Positions 33,201 through 49,000 of a stretch of DNA of 64,000 nt are shown here, one piece after another. The notes under the pieces were generated by a model, which was given only the letters and a program-made list of their open reading frames with translations, did no database searches and was not told the origin of the DNA. Origin of the DNA: Eledone cirrhosa. Lineage: Eukaryota. The stretch is taken from NCBI GenBank assembly GCA_964016885.1, contig OZ024742.1, forward strand, positions 58,032,001 to 58,096,000, in the 5' to 3' direction. Both the position numbers and the translations under genes were made by a program. Each line of letters begins with the position of its first letter. Position 1 is the first letter of the stretch.

Positions 33201-36200
33201 AGCCACACATTGTTGGTACTGAGATGGTGGGATATAGTCACACATTGTTGGTTCTGGGATGGTGGGATATAGTCACACATTGTTGGTACTGGAATGGTGG
33301 GATAAAGTCACACATTGTTGGTTCTGGGACGGTGGGATATAGTCACACATTGTTGGTACTGGAATGGTGGGATATAGTCACACATTGTTGGTACTGGTAT
33401 GGTGGGATATAGTCACATATTGTTGGTTCTGGGATGGTGGGATATAGTCACACATTGTTGGTACTGGAATGGTGGGATATAGTCACACATTGTTGGTACT
33501 GGGATGGTGGGATATAGTCACACATTGTTGGTACTGGTATGGTGGGATATAGTCACACATTGTTTGTACTGAGATGGTGGGATATAGTCACACATTGTTG
33601 GTACTGGTATGGTGGGATATAGTCACACATTGTTGGTACTGGGATGGTGGGATATAGTCACACATTGTTGGTACTGGTATGGTGGGATATAGTCACACAT
33701 TGTTGGTACTGTGATGGTGGGATATAGTCACATATTGTTGGTTCTGGGATGGTGGGATATAGTCACACATTGTTGGTATTGGAATGGTGGGATATAGTCA
33801 CACATTGTTGGTTCTGGGATGGTGGGATATAGTCACACATTGTTGGTTCTGGGATGGTGGGATATACTCACACATTGTTGGTACTGGTATGGTGGGATAT
33901 AGTCACATATTGTTGGTACTGTTATGGTGGGATATAGTCACACATTGTTGGTACTGGGATGGTGGGATATAGTCACATGATTGTTGGTATTGGTATGGTG
34001 GGATATAGTCACACATTGTTGGTACTGTTATGGTGGGATATAGTCACACATTGTTGGTACTGGGATGGTGGGAAATAGTCACACATTGTTGGTATTGGTA
34101 TGGTGGGATATAGTCACACATTGTTGGTACTGGGATGGTGGGATATAGTCACACATTGTTGGTACTGAGATGGTGGGATATAGTCACACATTGTTGGTAT
34201 TGGGATGGTGGGATATAGTCACACATTGTTGGTATTGGGATGGTGGGATATAGTCACACATTGTTGGTATTGGGATGGTGGGATATAGTCACACATTGTT
34301 GGTACTGAGATGGTAGGATATAGTCACACATTGTTGGTACTGAGATGGTGGGATATAGTCACATTGTTGGTACTGGGATGGTGGGATATAGTCACACATT
34401 GTTGGTACTGAGATGGTGGGATATAGTCACACATTGTTGGTACTGAGATGGTGGGATATAGTCACACATTGTTGGTATTGGAATGGTGGGATATAGTCAC
34501 ACATTGTTGGTATTGGAATGGTAGGATATAGTCACACATTGTTGGTACTGAGATGGTGGGATATAGTCACATTGTTGGGACTGAGATGGTGGGATATAGT
34601 CACACATTGTTGGTACTGAGATGGTGGGATATAGTCACACATTGTTGGTACTGAGATGGTGGGATATAGTCACATTGTTGGTACTGGGATGGTGGGATAT
34701 AGTCACACATTGTTGGTACTGGGATGGTAGGATATAGTCACACATTGTTGGTACTGGTATGGTGGGATATAGTCACACATTGTTGGTACTGAGATGGTGG
34801 GATATAGTCACACATTGTTGGTACTGAGATGGTGGGATATAGTCACACATTGTTGGTATTGGAATGGTGGGATATAGTCACACATTGTTGGTACTGGGAT
34901 GGTAGGATATAGTCACACATTGTTGGTACTGGTATGGTGGGATATAGTCACACATTGTTGGTATTGGAATGGTGGGATATAGTCACACATTGTTGGTACT
35001 GGTATGGTGGGATATAGTCACACATTGTTGGTACTGAGATGGTGGGATATAGTCACACATTGTTGGTATTGGTATGGTGGGATATAGTCACACATTGTTG
35101 GTATTGGAATGGTGGGATATAGTCACACATTGTTGGTACTGGTATGGTGGGATATAGTCACACATTGTTGGTATTCAAATGGTGGGATATAGTCACACAT
35201 TGTTGGTACTGGAATGGTGGGATATAGTCACACATTGTTGGTACTGGGATGGTGGGATATAGTCACACATTGTTGGTACTGAGATGGTGGGATATTGTCA
35301 CTCATTGTTGGTACTGAGATGGTGGGATATAGTCACACATTGTTGGTATTGGGATGGTGGGATATAGTCACACATTGTTGGTACTGAGATGGTGGGATAT
35401 AGTCACACATTGTTGGTACTGAGATGATGGGATATAGTCACACATTGTTGGTATTGGGATGGTGGGATATAGTCACATTGTTGGTACTGGGATGGTGGGA
35501 TATAGTCACACATTGTTGGTACTGAGATGGTGGGATATAGTCACACATTGTTGGTACTGAGATGGTGGGATATAGTCACACATTGTTGGTATTGGAATGT
35601 TGGGATATAGTCACACATTGTTGGTACTGGGATGGTAGGATATAGTCACACATTGTTGGTACTGGAATGGTGGGATATAGTCACACATTGTTGGTACTGG
35701 GATGGTGGCATATAGTCACACATTGTTGGTATTGGGATGGTGGGATATAGTCACACATTGTTGGTACTGAAATGGTGGGATATAGTCACACATTGTTGGT
35801 ACTGAGATGGTGGGATATAGTCACACATTGTTGGTACTGAGATGGTGGGATAAAGTCACACATTGTTGGTATTGGGATGGTGGGATATAGTCACACATTG
35901 TTGGTACTGAGATGGTGGGATATAGTCACACATTGTTGGTACTGGAATGGTGGGATATAGTCACACATTGTTGGTACTGGGATGGTGGGATATAGTCACA
36001 CATTGTTGGTACTGAGATGGTGGGATATAGTCACACATTGTTGGTACTGGAATGGTGGGATATAGTCACACATTGTTGGTACTGGGATGGTGGGATATAG
36101 TCACACATTGTTGGTACTGGGATGGTAGGATATAGTCACACATTGTTGGTACTGGGATGGTGGGATATAGTCACACATTGTTGGTACTGGAATGGTGGGA

Positions 36201-39200
36201 TATAGTCACACATTGTTGGTACTGGGATGGTGGGATATAGTCACACATTGTTGGTACTGAGATGGTGGGATATAGTCACACATTGTTGGTACTGGAATGG
36301 TGGGATATAGTCACACATTGTTGGTATTGGAATGGTGGGATATAGTCACACATTGTTGGTACTGGTATGGTGGGATATAGTCACACATTGTTGGTACTGG
36401 AATGGTGGGATATAGTCACACATTGTTGGTACTGGTATGGTGGGATATAGTCACACATTGTTGGTACTGGTATGGTGGGATATAGTCACACATTGTTGGT
36501 ACTGGGATGGTAGGATATAGTCACACATTGTTGGTACTGGGATGGTGGGATATAGTCACACATTGTTGGTACTGGAATGGTGGGATATAGTCACACATTG
36601 TTGGTACTGGGATGGTGGGATATAGTCACACATTGTTGGTACTGGTATGATGGGATATAGTCACACATTGTTGGTACTGGGATGGTAGGATATAGTCACA
36701 CATTGTTGGTACTGGGATGGTGGGATATAGTCACACTTTGTTGGTATTGGGATGGTGGGATATAGTCACACATTGTTGGTACTGAGATGGTGGGATATAG
36801 TCACACATTGTTGGTACTGGGATGGTGGGATATAGTCACACATTGTTGGTACTGGGATGGTGGGATATAGTCACACATTGTTGGTACTGGGATGGTGGGA
36901 TATAGTCACACATTGTTGGTACTGGGATGGTGGGATATAGTCACACATTGTTGGTACTGAGATGGTGGGATATAGTCACACATTGTTGGTACTGGGATGG
37001 TGGGATATAGTCACACATTGTTGGTACTGGGATGGTGGGATATAGTCACACATTGTTGGTACTGAGATGGTGGGATATAGTCGCACATTGTTGGTACTGG
37101 GATGGTGGGATATAGTCACACATTGTTGGTACTGGGATGGTGGGATATAGTCACACATTGCTGGTACTGGGATGGTGGGATATAGTCACACATTGTTGGT
37201 ACTGAGATGGTGGGATATAGTCGCACATTGTTGGTACTGGGATGGTGGGATATAGTCACACATTGTTGGTACTGGGATGGTGGGATATAGTCACACATTG
37301 CTGGTACTGGGATGGTGGGATATAGTCACACATTGTTGGTACTGAGATGGTGGGATATAGTCGCACATTGTTGGTACTGGGATGGTGGGATATAGTCACA
37401 CATTGTTGGTACTGGGATGGTGGGATATAGTCACACATTGCTGGTACTGGGATGGTGGGATATAGTCACACATTGTTGGTACTGAGATGGTGGGATATAG
37501 TCACACATTGTTGGTACTGGTATGGTGGGATATAGTCACACATTGTTTGTTCTGAGATGGTGGGATATAGTCACACATTGTTGGTACTGAGATGGTGGGA
37601 TATAGTCACACATTGTTTGTTCTGAGATGGTGGGATATAGTCACACATTGTTGGTACTGAGATGGTGGGATATAGTCACACATTGTTGGTACTGGGATGG
37701 TGGGATATAGACACACATTGTTGGTACTGGGATGGTGGGATATAGTCACACATTGTTGGTACTGGAATGGTGGGATATAGTCACACATTGTTGGTACTGG
37801 AATGGTGGTATATAGTCACACATTGTTGGTACTGGGATGGTGGGATATAGTCACACATTGTTGGTACTGGAATGGTGGGATATAGTCACACATTGTTGGT
37901 ACTGGTATGGTGGTATATAGTCACACATTGTTGGTATTGAGATGGTGGGATATAGTCACACATTGTTGGTACAGGAATGGTGGGATATAGTCACACATTG
38001 TTGGTACTGGTATGGTGGGATATAGTCACACATTGTTTGTACTGAGATGGTGGGATATAGTCACACATTGTTGGTACTGGGATGGTGGGATATAGTCACA
38101 CATTGTTGGTACTGAGATGGTGGGATATAGTCACACATTGTTGGTTCTGGGATGGTGGGATATAGTCACACATTGTTGGTACTGGAATGGTGGGATAAAG
38201 TCACACATTGTTGGTTCTGGGACGGTGGGATATAGTCACACATTGTTGGTACTGGAATGGTGGGATATAGTCACACATTGTTGGTACTGGTATGGTGGGA
38301 TATAGTCACATATTGTTGGTTCTGGGATGGTGGGATATAGTCACACATTGTTGGTACTGGAATGGTGGGATATAGTCACACATTGTTGGTACTGGGATGG
38401 TGGGATATAGTCACACATTGTTGGTACTGGTATGGTGGGATATAGTCACACATTGTTTGTACTGAGATGGTGGGATATAGTCACACATTGTTGGTACTGG
38501 TATGGTGGGATATAGTCACACATTGTTGGTACTGGGATGGTGGGATATAGTCACACATTGTTGGTACTGGTATGGTGGGATATAGTCACACATTGTTGGT
38601 ACTGTGATGGTGGGATATAGTCACATATTGTTGGTTCTGGGATGGTGGGATATAGTCACACATTGTTGGTATTGGAATGGTGGGATATAGTCACACATTG
38701 TTGGTTCTGGGATGGTGGGATATAGTCACACATTGTTGGTTCTGGGATGGTGGGATATACTCACACATTGTTGGTACTGGTATGGTGGGATATAGTCACA
38801 TATTGTTGGTACTGTTATGGTGGGATATAGTCACACATTGTTGGTACTGGGATGGTGGGATATAGTCACATGATTGTTGGTATTGGTATGGTGGGATATA
38901 GTCACACATTGTTGGTACTGTTATGGTGGGATATAGTCACACATTGTTGGTACTGGGATGGTGGGAAATAGTCACACATTGTTGGTATTGGTATGGTGGG
39001 ATATAGTCACACATTGTTGGTACTGGGATGGTGGGATATAGTCACACATTGTTGGTACTGAGATGGTGGGATATAGTCACACATTGTTGGTATTGGGATG
39101 GTGGGATATAGTCACACATTGTTGGTATTGGGATGGTGGGATATAGTCACACATTGTTGGTATTGGGATGGTGGGATATAGTCACACATTGTTGGTACTG

Positions 39201-40050
39201 AGATGGTAGGATATAGTCACACATTGTTGGTACTGAGATGGTGGGATATAGTCACATTGTTGGTACTGGGATGGTGGGATATAGTCACACATTGTTGGTA
39301 CTGAGATGGTGGGATATAGTCACACATTGTTGGTACTGAGATGGTGGGATATAGTCACACATTGTTGGTATTGGAATGGTGGGATATAGTCACACATTGT
39401 TGGTATTGGAATGGTAGGATATAGTCACACATTGTTGGTACTGAGATGGTGGGATATAGTCACATTGTTGGGACTGAGATGGTGGGATATAGTCACACAT
39501 TGTTGGTACTGAGATGGTGGGATATAGTCACACATTGTTGGTACTGAGATGGTGGGATATAGTCACATTGTTGGTACTGGGATGGTGGGATATAGTCACA
39601 CATTGTTGGTACTGGGATGGTAGGATATAGTCACACATTGTTGGTACTGGTATGGTGGGATATAGTCACACATTGTTGGTACTGAGATGGTGGGATATAG
39701 TCACACATTGTTGGTACTGAGATGGTGGGATATAGTCACACATTGTTGGTATTGGAATGGTGGGATATAGTCACACATTGTTGGTACTGGGATGGTAGGA
39801 TATAGTCACACATTGTTGGTACTGGTATGGTGGGATATAGTCACACATTGTTGGTACTGAGATGGTGGGATATAGTCACACATTGTTGGTACTGGTATGG
39901 TGGGATATAGTCACACATTGTTGGTATTGGAATGGTGGGATATAGTCACACATTGTTGGTACTGGTATGGTGGGATATAGTCACACATTGTTGGTACTGA
40001 GATGGTGGGATATAGTCACACATTGTTGGTATTGGTATGGTGGGATATAG
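30300..40050. repeat. ~4.9 kb near-identical tandem duplication within the satellite
   Basis: Constant 4893-bp offset between identical ORF pairs (32083/36976, 33224/38117, 33784/38677) and the insertion marker CATGATTG (33976/38869). TTCAAAT at 30421/35174. Boundaries approximate. Confidence 0.92.
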
Positions 40051-43000
40051 TCACACATTGTTGGTATTGGTATGTTGGGATATAGTCACACATTGTTGGT
40101 ACTGGTATGGTGGGATATAGTCACACATTGTTGGTACTGAGATGGTGGGATATAGTCACACATTGTTGGTACTGGGATGGTGGGATATAGTCACACATTG
40201 TTGGTACTGGGATGGTGGGATATAGTCACACATTGTTGGTACTGGAATGGTGGGATATAGTCACACATAGTTGCTACTGGAATGGTGGGATATAGTCACA
40301 CATAGTTGGTACTGGGATGGTGGGATATAGTCACACATTGTTGGTACTGGAATGGTGGGATATAGTCACACATTGTTGGTACTGGGATGGTGGGATATAG
40401 TCACACATTGTTGGTACTGGGATGGTGGGATATAGTCACACATTGTTGGTACTGGAATGGTGGGATATAGTCACACATAGTTGCTACTGGAATGGTGGGA
40501 TATAGTCACACATAGTTGGTACTGGGATGGTGGGATATAGTCACACATTGTTGGTACTGGTATGGTGGGATATAGTCACACATTGTTGGTACTGGAATGG
40601 TGGGATATAGTCACACATTGTAGGTATTGGAATGGTGGGATATAGTCACACATAGTTGGTACTGGGATGGTGGGATATAGTCACACATTGTTGGTACTGG
40701 AATGGTGGGATATAGTCACACATTGTTGGTATTGGAATGGTGGGATATAGTCACATATTGTTGGTATTGGTATGGTGGGATATAGTCACATTGTTGGTAC
40801 TGAGATGGTGGGATATAGTCACACATAGTTGGTACTGAGATGGTGGGATATAGTCACACATAGTTGGTACTGGGATGGTGGGATATAGTCACACATTGTT
40901 GGTACTGGGATGGTGGGATATAGTCACACATTGTTGGTACTGGAATGGTGGGATATAGTCACATATTGTTGGTACTGAGATGGTGGGATATAGTCACACA
41001 TAGTTGGTACTGAGATGGTGGGATATAGTCACACATTGTTGGTACTGGGATGGTAGGATATAGTCACACATTGTTGGTACTGAGATGGTGGGATATAGTC
41101 ACACATTGTTGGTACTGAGATGGTGGGATATAGTCACACATTGTTGGTATTGGGATGGTAGGATATAGTCACACATTGTTGGTATTGGGATGGTGGGATA
41201 TAGTCACACATTGTTGGTACTGGAATGGTGGGATATAGTCACACATTGTTGGTATTGGGATGGTGGGATATAGTCACACATAGTTGGTACTGGTATGGTG
41301 GGATATAGTCACACATTGTTGGTATTGGGATGGTAGGATATAGTCACACATTGTTGGTATTGGGATGGTAGGATATAGTCACACATAGTTGGTACTGGAA
41401 TGGTGGGATATAGTCACACATTGTTGGTATTGGGATGGTAGGATATAGTCACACATTGTTGGTATTGGGATGGTGGGATATAGTCACACATTGTTGGTAT
41501 TGGGATGGTGGGATATAGTCACACATTGTTGGTACTGGAATGGTGGGATATAGTCACACATTGTTGGTATTGGGATGGTAGGATATAGTCACACATTGTT
41601 GGTATTGGGATGGTAGGATATAGTCACACATTGTTGGTACTGGAATGGTGGGATATAGTCACATATTGTTGGTACTGAGATGGTGGGATATAGTCACACA
41701 TTGTTGGTACTGGGATGGTGGGATATAGTCACACATTGTTGGTACTGGAATGGTGGGATATAGTCACATATTGTTGGTACTGAGATGGTGGGATATAGTC
41801 ACACATAGTTGGTACTGAGATGGTGGGATATAGTCACACATTGTTGGTACTGGGATGGTAGGATATAGTCACACATTGTTGGTACTGAGATGGTGGGATA
41901 TAGTCACACATTGTTGGTATTGGGATGGTAGGATATAGTCACACATAGTTGGTACTGAGATGGTGGGATATAGTCACACATTGTTGGTACTGGGATGGTA
42001 GGATATAGTCACACATTGTTGGTACTGAGATGGTGGGATATAGTCACACATTGTTGGTACTGGGATGGTGGGATATAGTCACACATTGTTGGTACTGAGA
42101 TGGTGGGATATAGTCACACATTGTTGGTACTGGGATGGTGGGATATAGTCACACATTGTTGGTACTGGGATGGTGGGATATAGTCACACATTGTTGGTAC
42201 TGGAATGGTGGGATATAGTAACATATTGTTGGTACTGAGATGGTGGGATATAGTCACACATTGTTGGTACTGGGATGGTGGGATATAGTCATACATTGTT
42301 GGTACTGGGATGGTGGGATATAGTCACACATTGTTGGTACTGAGATGGTGGGATATAGTCACGCATTGTTGGTATTGGTATGGTGGGATATAGTCACACA
42401 TTGTTGGTACTGAGATGGTGGGATATAGTCACACATTGTTGGTACTGGAATGGTGGGATATAGTAACATATTGTTGGTACTGAGATGGTGGGATATAGTC
42501 ACACATTGTTGGTACTGGGATGGTGGGATATAGTCACACATTGTTGGTACTGAGATGGTGGGATATAGTCACACATTGTTGGTACTGGGATGGTGGGATA
42601 TAGTCACACATTGTTGGTACTGGGATGGTGGGATATAGTCACACATTGTTGGTACTGGAATGGTGGGATATAGTAACATATTGTTGGTACTGAGATGGTG
42701 GGATATAGTCACACATTGTTGGTACTGGGATGGTGGGATATAGTCATACATTGTTGGTACTGGGATGGTGGGATATAGTCACACATTGTTGGTACTGAGA
42801 TGGTGGGATATAGTCACGCATTGTTGGTATTGGTATGGTGGGATATAGTCACACATTGTTGGTACTGAGATGGTGGGATATAGTCACACATTGTTGGTAC
42901 TGGAATGGTGGGATATAGTCACATTGTTGGTACTGGGATGATGGGATATAGTCACATATTGTTGGTACTGGAATGGTGGGATATAGTCACATTGTTGGTA

Positions 43001-46000
43001 CTGGGATGGTGGGATATAGTCACACATTGTTGGTATTGGTATGGTGGGATATAGTCACACATTGTTGGTACTGGGATGGTGGGATATAGTCACACATTGT
43101 TGGTACTGGAATGGTGGGATATAGTCACATTGTTGGTACTGGGATGGTGGGATATAGTCGCACATTGTGGGTATTGGTATGGTGGCATATAGTCACACAT
43201 TGTTGGTATTGGTATGGTGGGATATAGTCACACATTGTTGGTACTGGAATGGTGGGATATAGTAACATATTGTTGGTACTGAGATGGTGGGATATAGTCA
43301 CACATTGTTGGTACTGGAATGGTGGGATATAGTCACATTGTTGGTACTGGGATGGTGGGATATAGTCACACATTGTTGGTATTGGGATGGTGGGATATAG
43401 TCACACATTGTTGGTATTGGTATGGTGGGATATAGTCACACATTGTTGGTATTGGTATGGTGGGATATAGTCACACATTGTTGGTATTGGAATGGTGGGA
43501 TATAATCACACATTGTTGGTATTGGGATGGTGGGATATAGTCACACATTGTTGGTATTGGTATGGTGGGATATAGTCACACATTGTTGGTATTGGAATGG
43601 TGGGATATAATCACACATTGTTGGTACTGGGATGGTGGGATATAGTCACACATTTTTGGTACTGGGATGGTGGGATATAGTCACACATTGTTGGTATTGG
43701 TATGGTGGGATATAGTCACACATTGTTGGTATTGGTATGGTGGGATATAGTCACACATTGTTGGTACTGGAATGGTGGGATATAGTCACACATTGTTGGT
43801 ACTGGGATGGTGGGATATAGTCACACATTGTTGGTACTGGTATGGTGGGATATAGTCACACATTGTTGGTATTGGAATGGTGGGATATAGTCACACATTG
43901 TTGGTACTGGAATGGTGGGATATAGTCACACATTGTTGGTATTGGAATGGTGGGATATAGTCACACATTGTTGGTATTGGAATGGTGGGATATAGTCACA
44001 TTGTTGGTACTGAGATGGTGGGATATAGTCACACATTGTTGGTACTGGAATGGTGGGATATAGTCACACATTGTTGGTACTGGAATGGTGGGATATAGTC
44101 ACACATTGTTGGTATTGGAATGGTGGGATATAGTCACACATTGTTGGTACTGGTATGGTGGGATATAGTCACACATTGTTGGTATTCGAATGGTGGGATA
44201 TAGTCACACATTGTTGGTACTGGAATGGTGGGATATAGTCACACATTGTTGGTACTGGGATGGTGGGATATAGTCACACATTGTTGGTACTGAGATGGTG
44301 GGATATTGTCACACATTGTTGGTACTGGGATGGTGGGATATAGTCACACATTGTTGGTATTGGGATGGTGGGATATAGTCACACATTGTTGGTACTGAGA
44401 TGGTGGGATATAGTCACACATTGTTGGTATTGGGATGGTGGGATATAGTCACACATTGTTGGTACTGGAATGGTGGGATATAGTCACACATTGTTGGTAC
44501 TGAGATGGTGGGATATAGTCACACATTGTTGGTACTGAGATGGTGGGATAAAGTCACACATTGTTGGTATTGGGATGGTGGGATATAGTCACACATTGTT
44601 GGTACTGAGATGGTGGGATATAGTCACACATTGTTGGTACTGGTATGGTGGGATATAGTCACGTTGTTGGTATTGGGATGGTGGGATATAGTCACACAAT
44701 GTTGGTATTGGGATGGTGGGATATAGTCACACATTGTTGGTATTGGGATGGTGGGATATAGTCACACATTGTTGGTACTGAGATGGTGGGATATAGTCAC
44801 ACATTGTTGGTACTGGAATGGTGGGATATAGTCACACATTGTTGGTACTGAGATGGTGGGATATAGTCACACATTGTTGGTACTGAGATGGTGGGATATA
44901 GTCACACATTGTTGGTATTGGGATGGTGGGATATAGTCACACATTGTTGGTACTGAGATGGTGGGATATAGTCACACATTGTTGGTACTGGAATGGTGGG
45001 ATATAGTCACACATTGTTGGTACTGGGATGGTGGGATATAGTCACACATTGTTGGTACTGGTATGATGGGATATAGTCACACATTGTTGGTACTGGGATG
45101 GTAGGATATAGTCACACATTGTTGGTACTGGGATGGTGGGATATAGTCACACTTTGTTGGTACTGGGATGGTGGGATATAGTCACACATTGTTGGTACTG
45201 AGATGGTGGGATATAGTCACACATTGTTGGTACTGAGATGGTGGGATATAGTCACACATTGTTGGTACTGGAATGGTGGGATATAGTCACACATTGTTGG
45301 TACTGGTATGGTGGGATATAGTCACACATTGTTGGTACTGGTATGGTGGGATATAGTCACACATTGTTGGTACTGGGATGGTAGGATATAGTCACACTTT
45401 GTTGGTACTGGGATGGTGGGATATAGTCACACTTTGTTGGTACTGGGATGGTGGGATATAGTCACACATTGTTGGTACTGAGATGGTGGGATATAGTCAC
45501 ACATTGTTGGTACTGGAATGGTGGGATATAGTCACACTTTGTTGGTACTGGTATGGTGGGATATAGTCACACATTGTTGGTACTGGTATGGTGGGATATA
45601 GTCACACATTGTTGGTACTGGGATGGTAGGATATAGTCACACATTGTTGGTACTGGGATGGTGGGATATAGTCACACATTGTTGGTACTGGAATGGTGGG
45701 ATATAGTCACACATTGTTGGTACTGGGATGGTGGGATATAGTCACACATTGTTGGTACTGGTATGATGGGATATAGTCACACATTGTTGGTACTGGGATG
45801 GTAGGATATAGTCACACATTGTTGGTACTGGGATGGTGGGATATAGTCACACTTTGTTGGTATTGGGATGGTGGGATATAGTCACACATTGTTGGTACTG
45901 AGATGGTGGGATATAGTCACACATTGTTGGTACTGGGATGGTGGGATATAGTCACACATTGTTGGTACTGGGATGGTGGGATATAGTCACACATTGTTGG

Positions 46001-49000
46001 TACTGGGATGGTGGGATATAGTCACACATTGTTGGTACTGGGATGGTGGGATATAGTCACACATTGTTGGTACTGAGATGGTGGGATATAGTCACACATT
46101 GTTGGTACTGGGATGGTGGGATATAGTCACACATTGTTGGTACTGGGATGGTGGGATATAGTCACACATTGTTGGTACTGAGATGGTGGGATATAGTCAC
46201 ACATTGTTGGTACTGGGATGGTGGGATATAGTCACACATTGTTGGTACTGGGATGGTGGGATATAGTCACACATTGTTGGTACTGGGATGGTGGGATATA
46301 GTCACACATTGTTGGTACTGGGATGGTGGGATATAGTCACACATTGTTGGTACTGAGATGGTGGGATATAGTCACACATTGTTGGTACTGGGATGGTGGG
46401 ATATAGTCACACATTGTTGGTACTGGGATGGTGGGATATAGTCACACATTGCTGGTACTGGGATGGTGGGATATAGTCACACATTGTTGGTACTGAGATG
46501 GTGGGATATAGTCACACATTGTTGGTACTGGTATGGTGGGATATAGTCACACATTGTTTGTTCTGAGATGGTGGGATATAGTCACACATTGTTGGTACTG
46601 AGATGGTGGGATATAGTCACACATTGTTTGTTCTGAGATGGTGGGATATAGTCACACATTGTTGGTACTGAGATGGTGGGATATAGTCACACATTGTTGG
46701 TACAGGAATGGTGGGATATAGTCACACATTGTTGGTACTGGTATGGTGGGATATAGTCACACATTGTTTGTACTGAGATGGTGGGATATAGTCACACATT
46801 GTTGGTACTGGGATGGTGGGATATAGTCACACATTGTTGGTACTGGGATGGTGGGATATAGTCACACATTGTTGGTACTGAGATGGTGGGATATAGTCAC
46901 ACATTGTTGGTTCTGGGATGGTGGGATATAGTCACACATTGTTGGTACTGGTATGGTGGGATATAGTCACACATTGTTGGTACTGGGATGGTGGCATATA
47001 GTCACACATTGTTGGTACTGGGATGGTAGGATATAGTCACACATTGTTGGTACTGGGATGGTAGGATATAGTCACACGTTGTTGGTACTGGGATGGTAGG
47101 ATATAGTCACACATTGTTGGTACTGAGATGGTGGGATATAGTCACACATTGTTTGTACTGGGATGGTGGGATATAGTCACACATTGTTGGTACTGAGATG
47201 GTGGGATATAGTCACACATTGTTGGTACTGAGATGGTGGGATATAGTCACACATTGTTGGTACTGGGATGGTGGGATATAGTTACACATTGTTGGTACTG
47301 GGATGGTGGGATATAGTCACACATTGTTGGTACTGGAATGGTGGGATATAGTCACACATTGTTGGTACTGGGATGGTAGGATATAGTCAGCAATTGTTGG
47401 TATTGGTATGGTGGGATATAGTCACACATTGTTGGTACTGGGATGGTGGGATATAGTCACACATTGTTGGTACTGGAATGGTGGGATATAGTCACACATT
47501 GTCGGTACTGAGATGGTGGGATATAGTCACACATTGTTTGTACTGAGATGGTGGGATATAGTCACACATTGTTGGTACTGGTATGGTGGGATATAGTCAC
47601 ACATTGTTGGTACTGGGATGGTGGGATATAGTCACACATTGTTGGTACTGGTATGGTGGGATATAGTCACACATTGTTGGTACTGGGATGGTGGGATATA
47701 GTCACATATTGTTGGTTCTGGGATGGTGGGATATAGTCACACATTGTTGGTATTGGAATGGTGGGATATAGTCACACATTGTTGGTTCTGGGATGGTGGG
47801 ATATAGTCACACATTGTTGGTTCTGGGATGGTGGGATATAGTCACACATTGTTGGTACTGGGATGGTGGGATATAGTCACATGATTGTTGGTATTGGTAT
47901 GGTGGGATATAGTCACACATTGTTGGTACTGTTATGGTGGGATATAGTCACACATTGTTGGTACTGGGATGGTGGGAAATAGTCACACATTGTTGGTATT
48001 GGTATGGTGGGATATAGTCACACATTGTTGGTACTGGGATGGTGGGATATAGTCACACATTGTTGTTATTGGGATGGTGGGATATAGTCACACATTGTTG
48101 GTATTGGGATGGTGGGATATAGTCACACATTGTTGGTATTGGGATGGTGGGATATAGTCACACATTGTTGGTACTGAGATGGTAGGATATAGTCACACAT
48201 TGTTGGTACTGAGATGGTGGGATATAGTCACACATTGTTGGTACTGGGATGGTGGGATATAGTCACATGATTGTTGGTATTGGTATGGTGGGATATAGTC
48301 ACACATTGTTGGTACTGTTATGGTGGGATATAGTCACACATTGTTGGTACTGGGATGGTGGGAAATAGTCACACATTGTTGGTATTGGTATGGTGGGATA
48401 TAGTCACACATTGTTGGTACTGGGATGGTGGGATATAGTCACACATTGTTGTTATTGGGATGGTGGGATATAGTCACACATTGTTGGTATTGGGATGGTG
48501 GGATATAGTCACACATTGTTGGTATTGGGATGGTGGGATATAGTCACACATTGTTGGTACTGAGATGGTAGGATATAGTCACACATTGTTGGTACTGAGA
48601 TGGTGGGATATAGTCACATTGTTGGTACTGGGATGGTGGGATATAGTCACACATTGTTGGTACTGAGATGGTGGGATATAGTCACACATTGTTGGTACTG
48701 AGATGGTGGGATATAGTCACACATTGTTGGTACTGAGATGGTGGGATATAGTCACACATTGTTGGTATTGGAATGGTGGGATATAGTCACACATTGTTGG
48801 TATTGGAATGGTAGGATATAGTCACACATTGTTGGTACTGAGATGGTGGGATATAGTCACATTGTTGGTACTGAGATGGTAGGATATAGTCACACATTGT
48901 TGGTACTGAGATGGTGGGATATAGTCACACATTGTTTGTACTGAGATGGTGGGATATAGTCACACATTGTTGGTACTGGGATGGTGGGATATAGTCACAC

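Noticed and set aside
1114-43373. Trp/Cys-rich 60-82 aa ORFs in the array
   Set aside because: They are translations of the 35-bp unit. A stop recurs every 105 nt, and ORFs appear only where a point variant or 2-bp deletion removes one.
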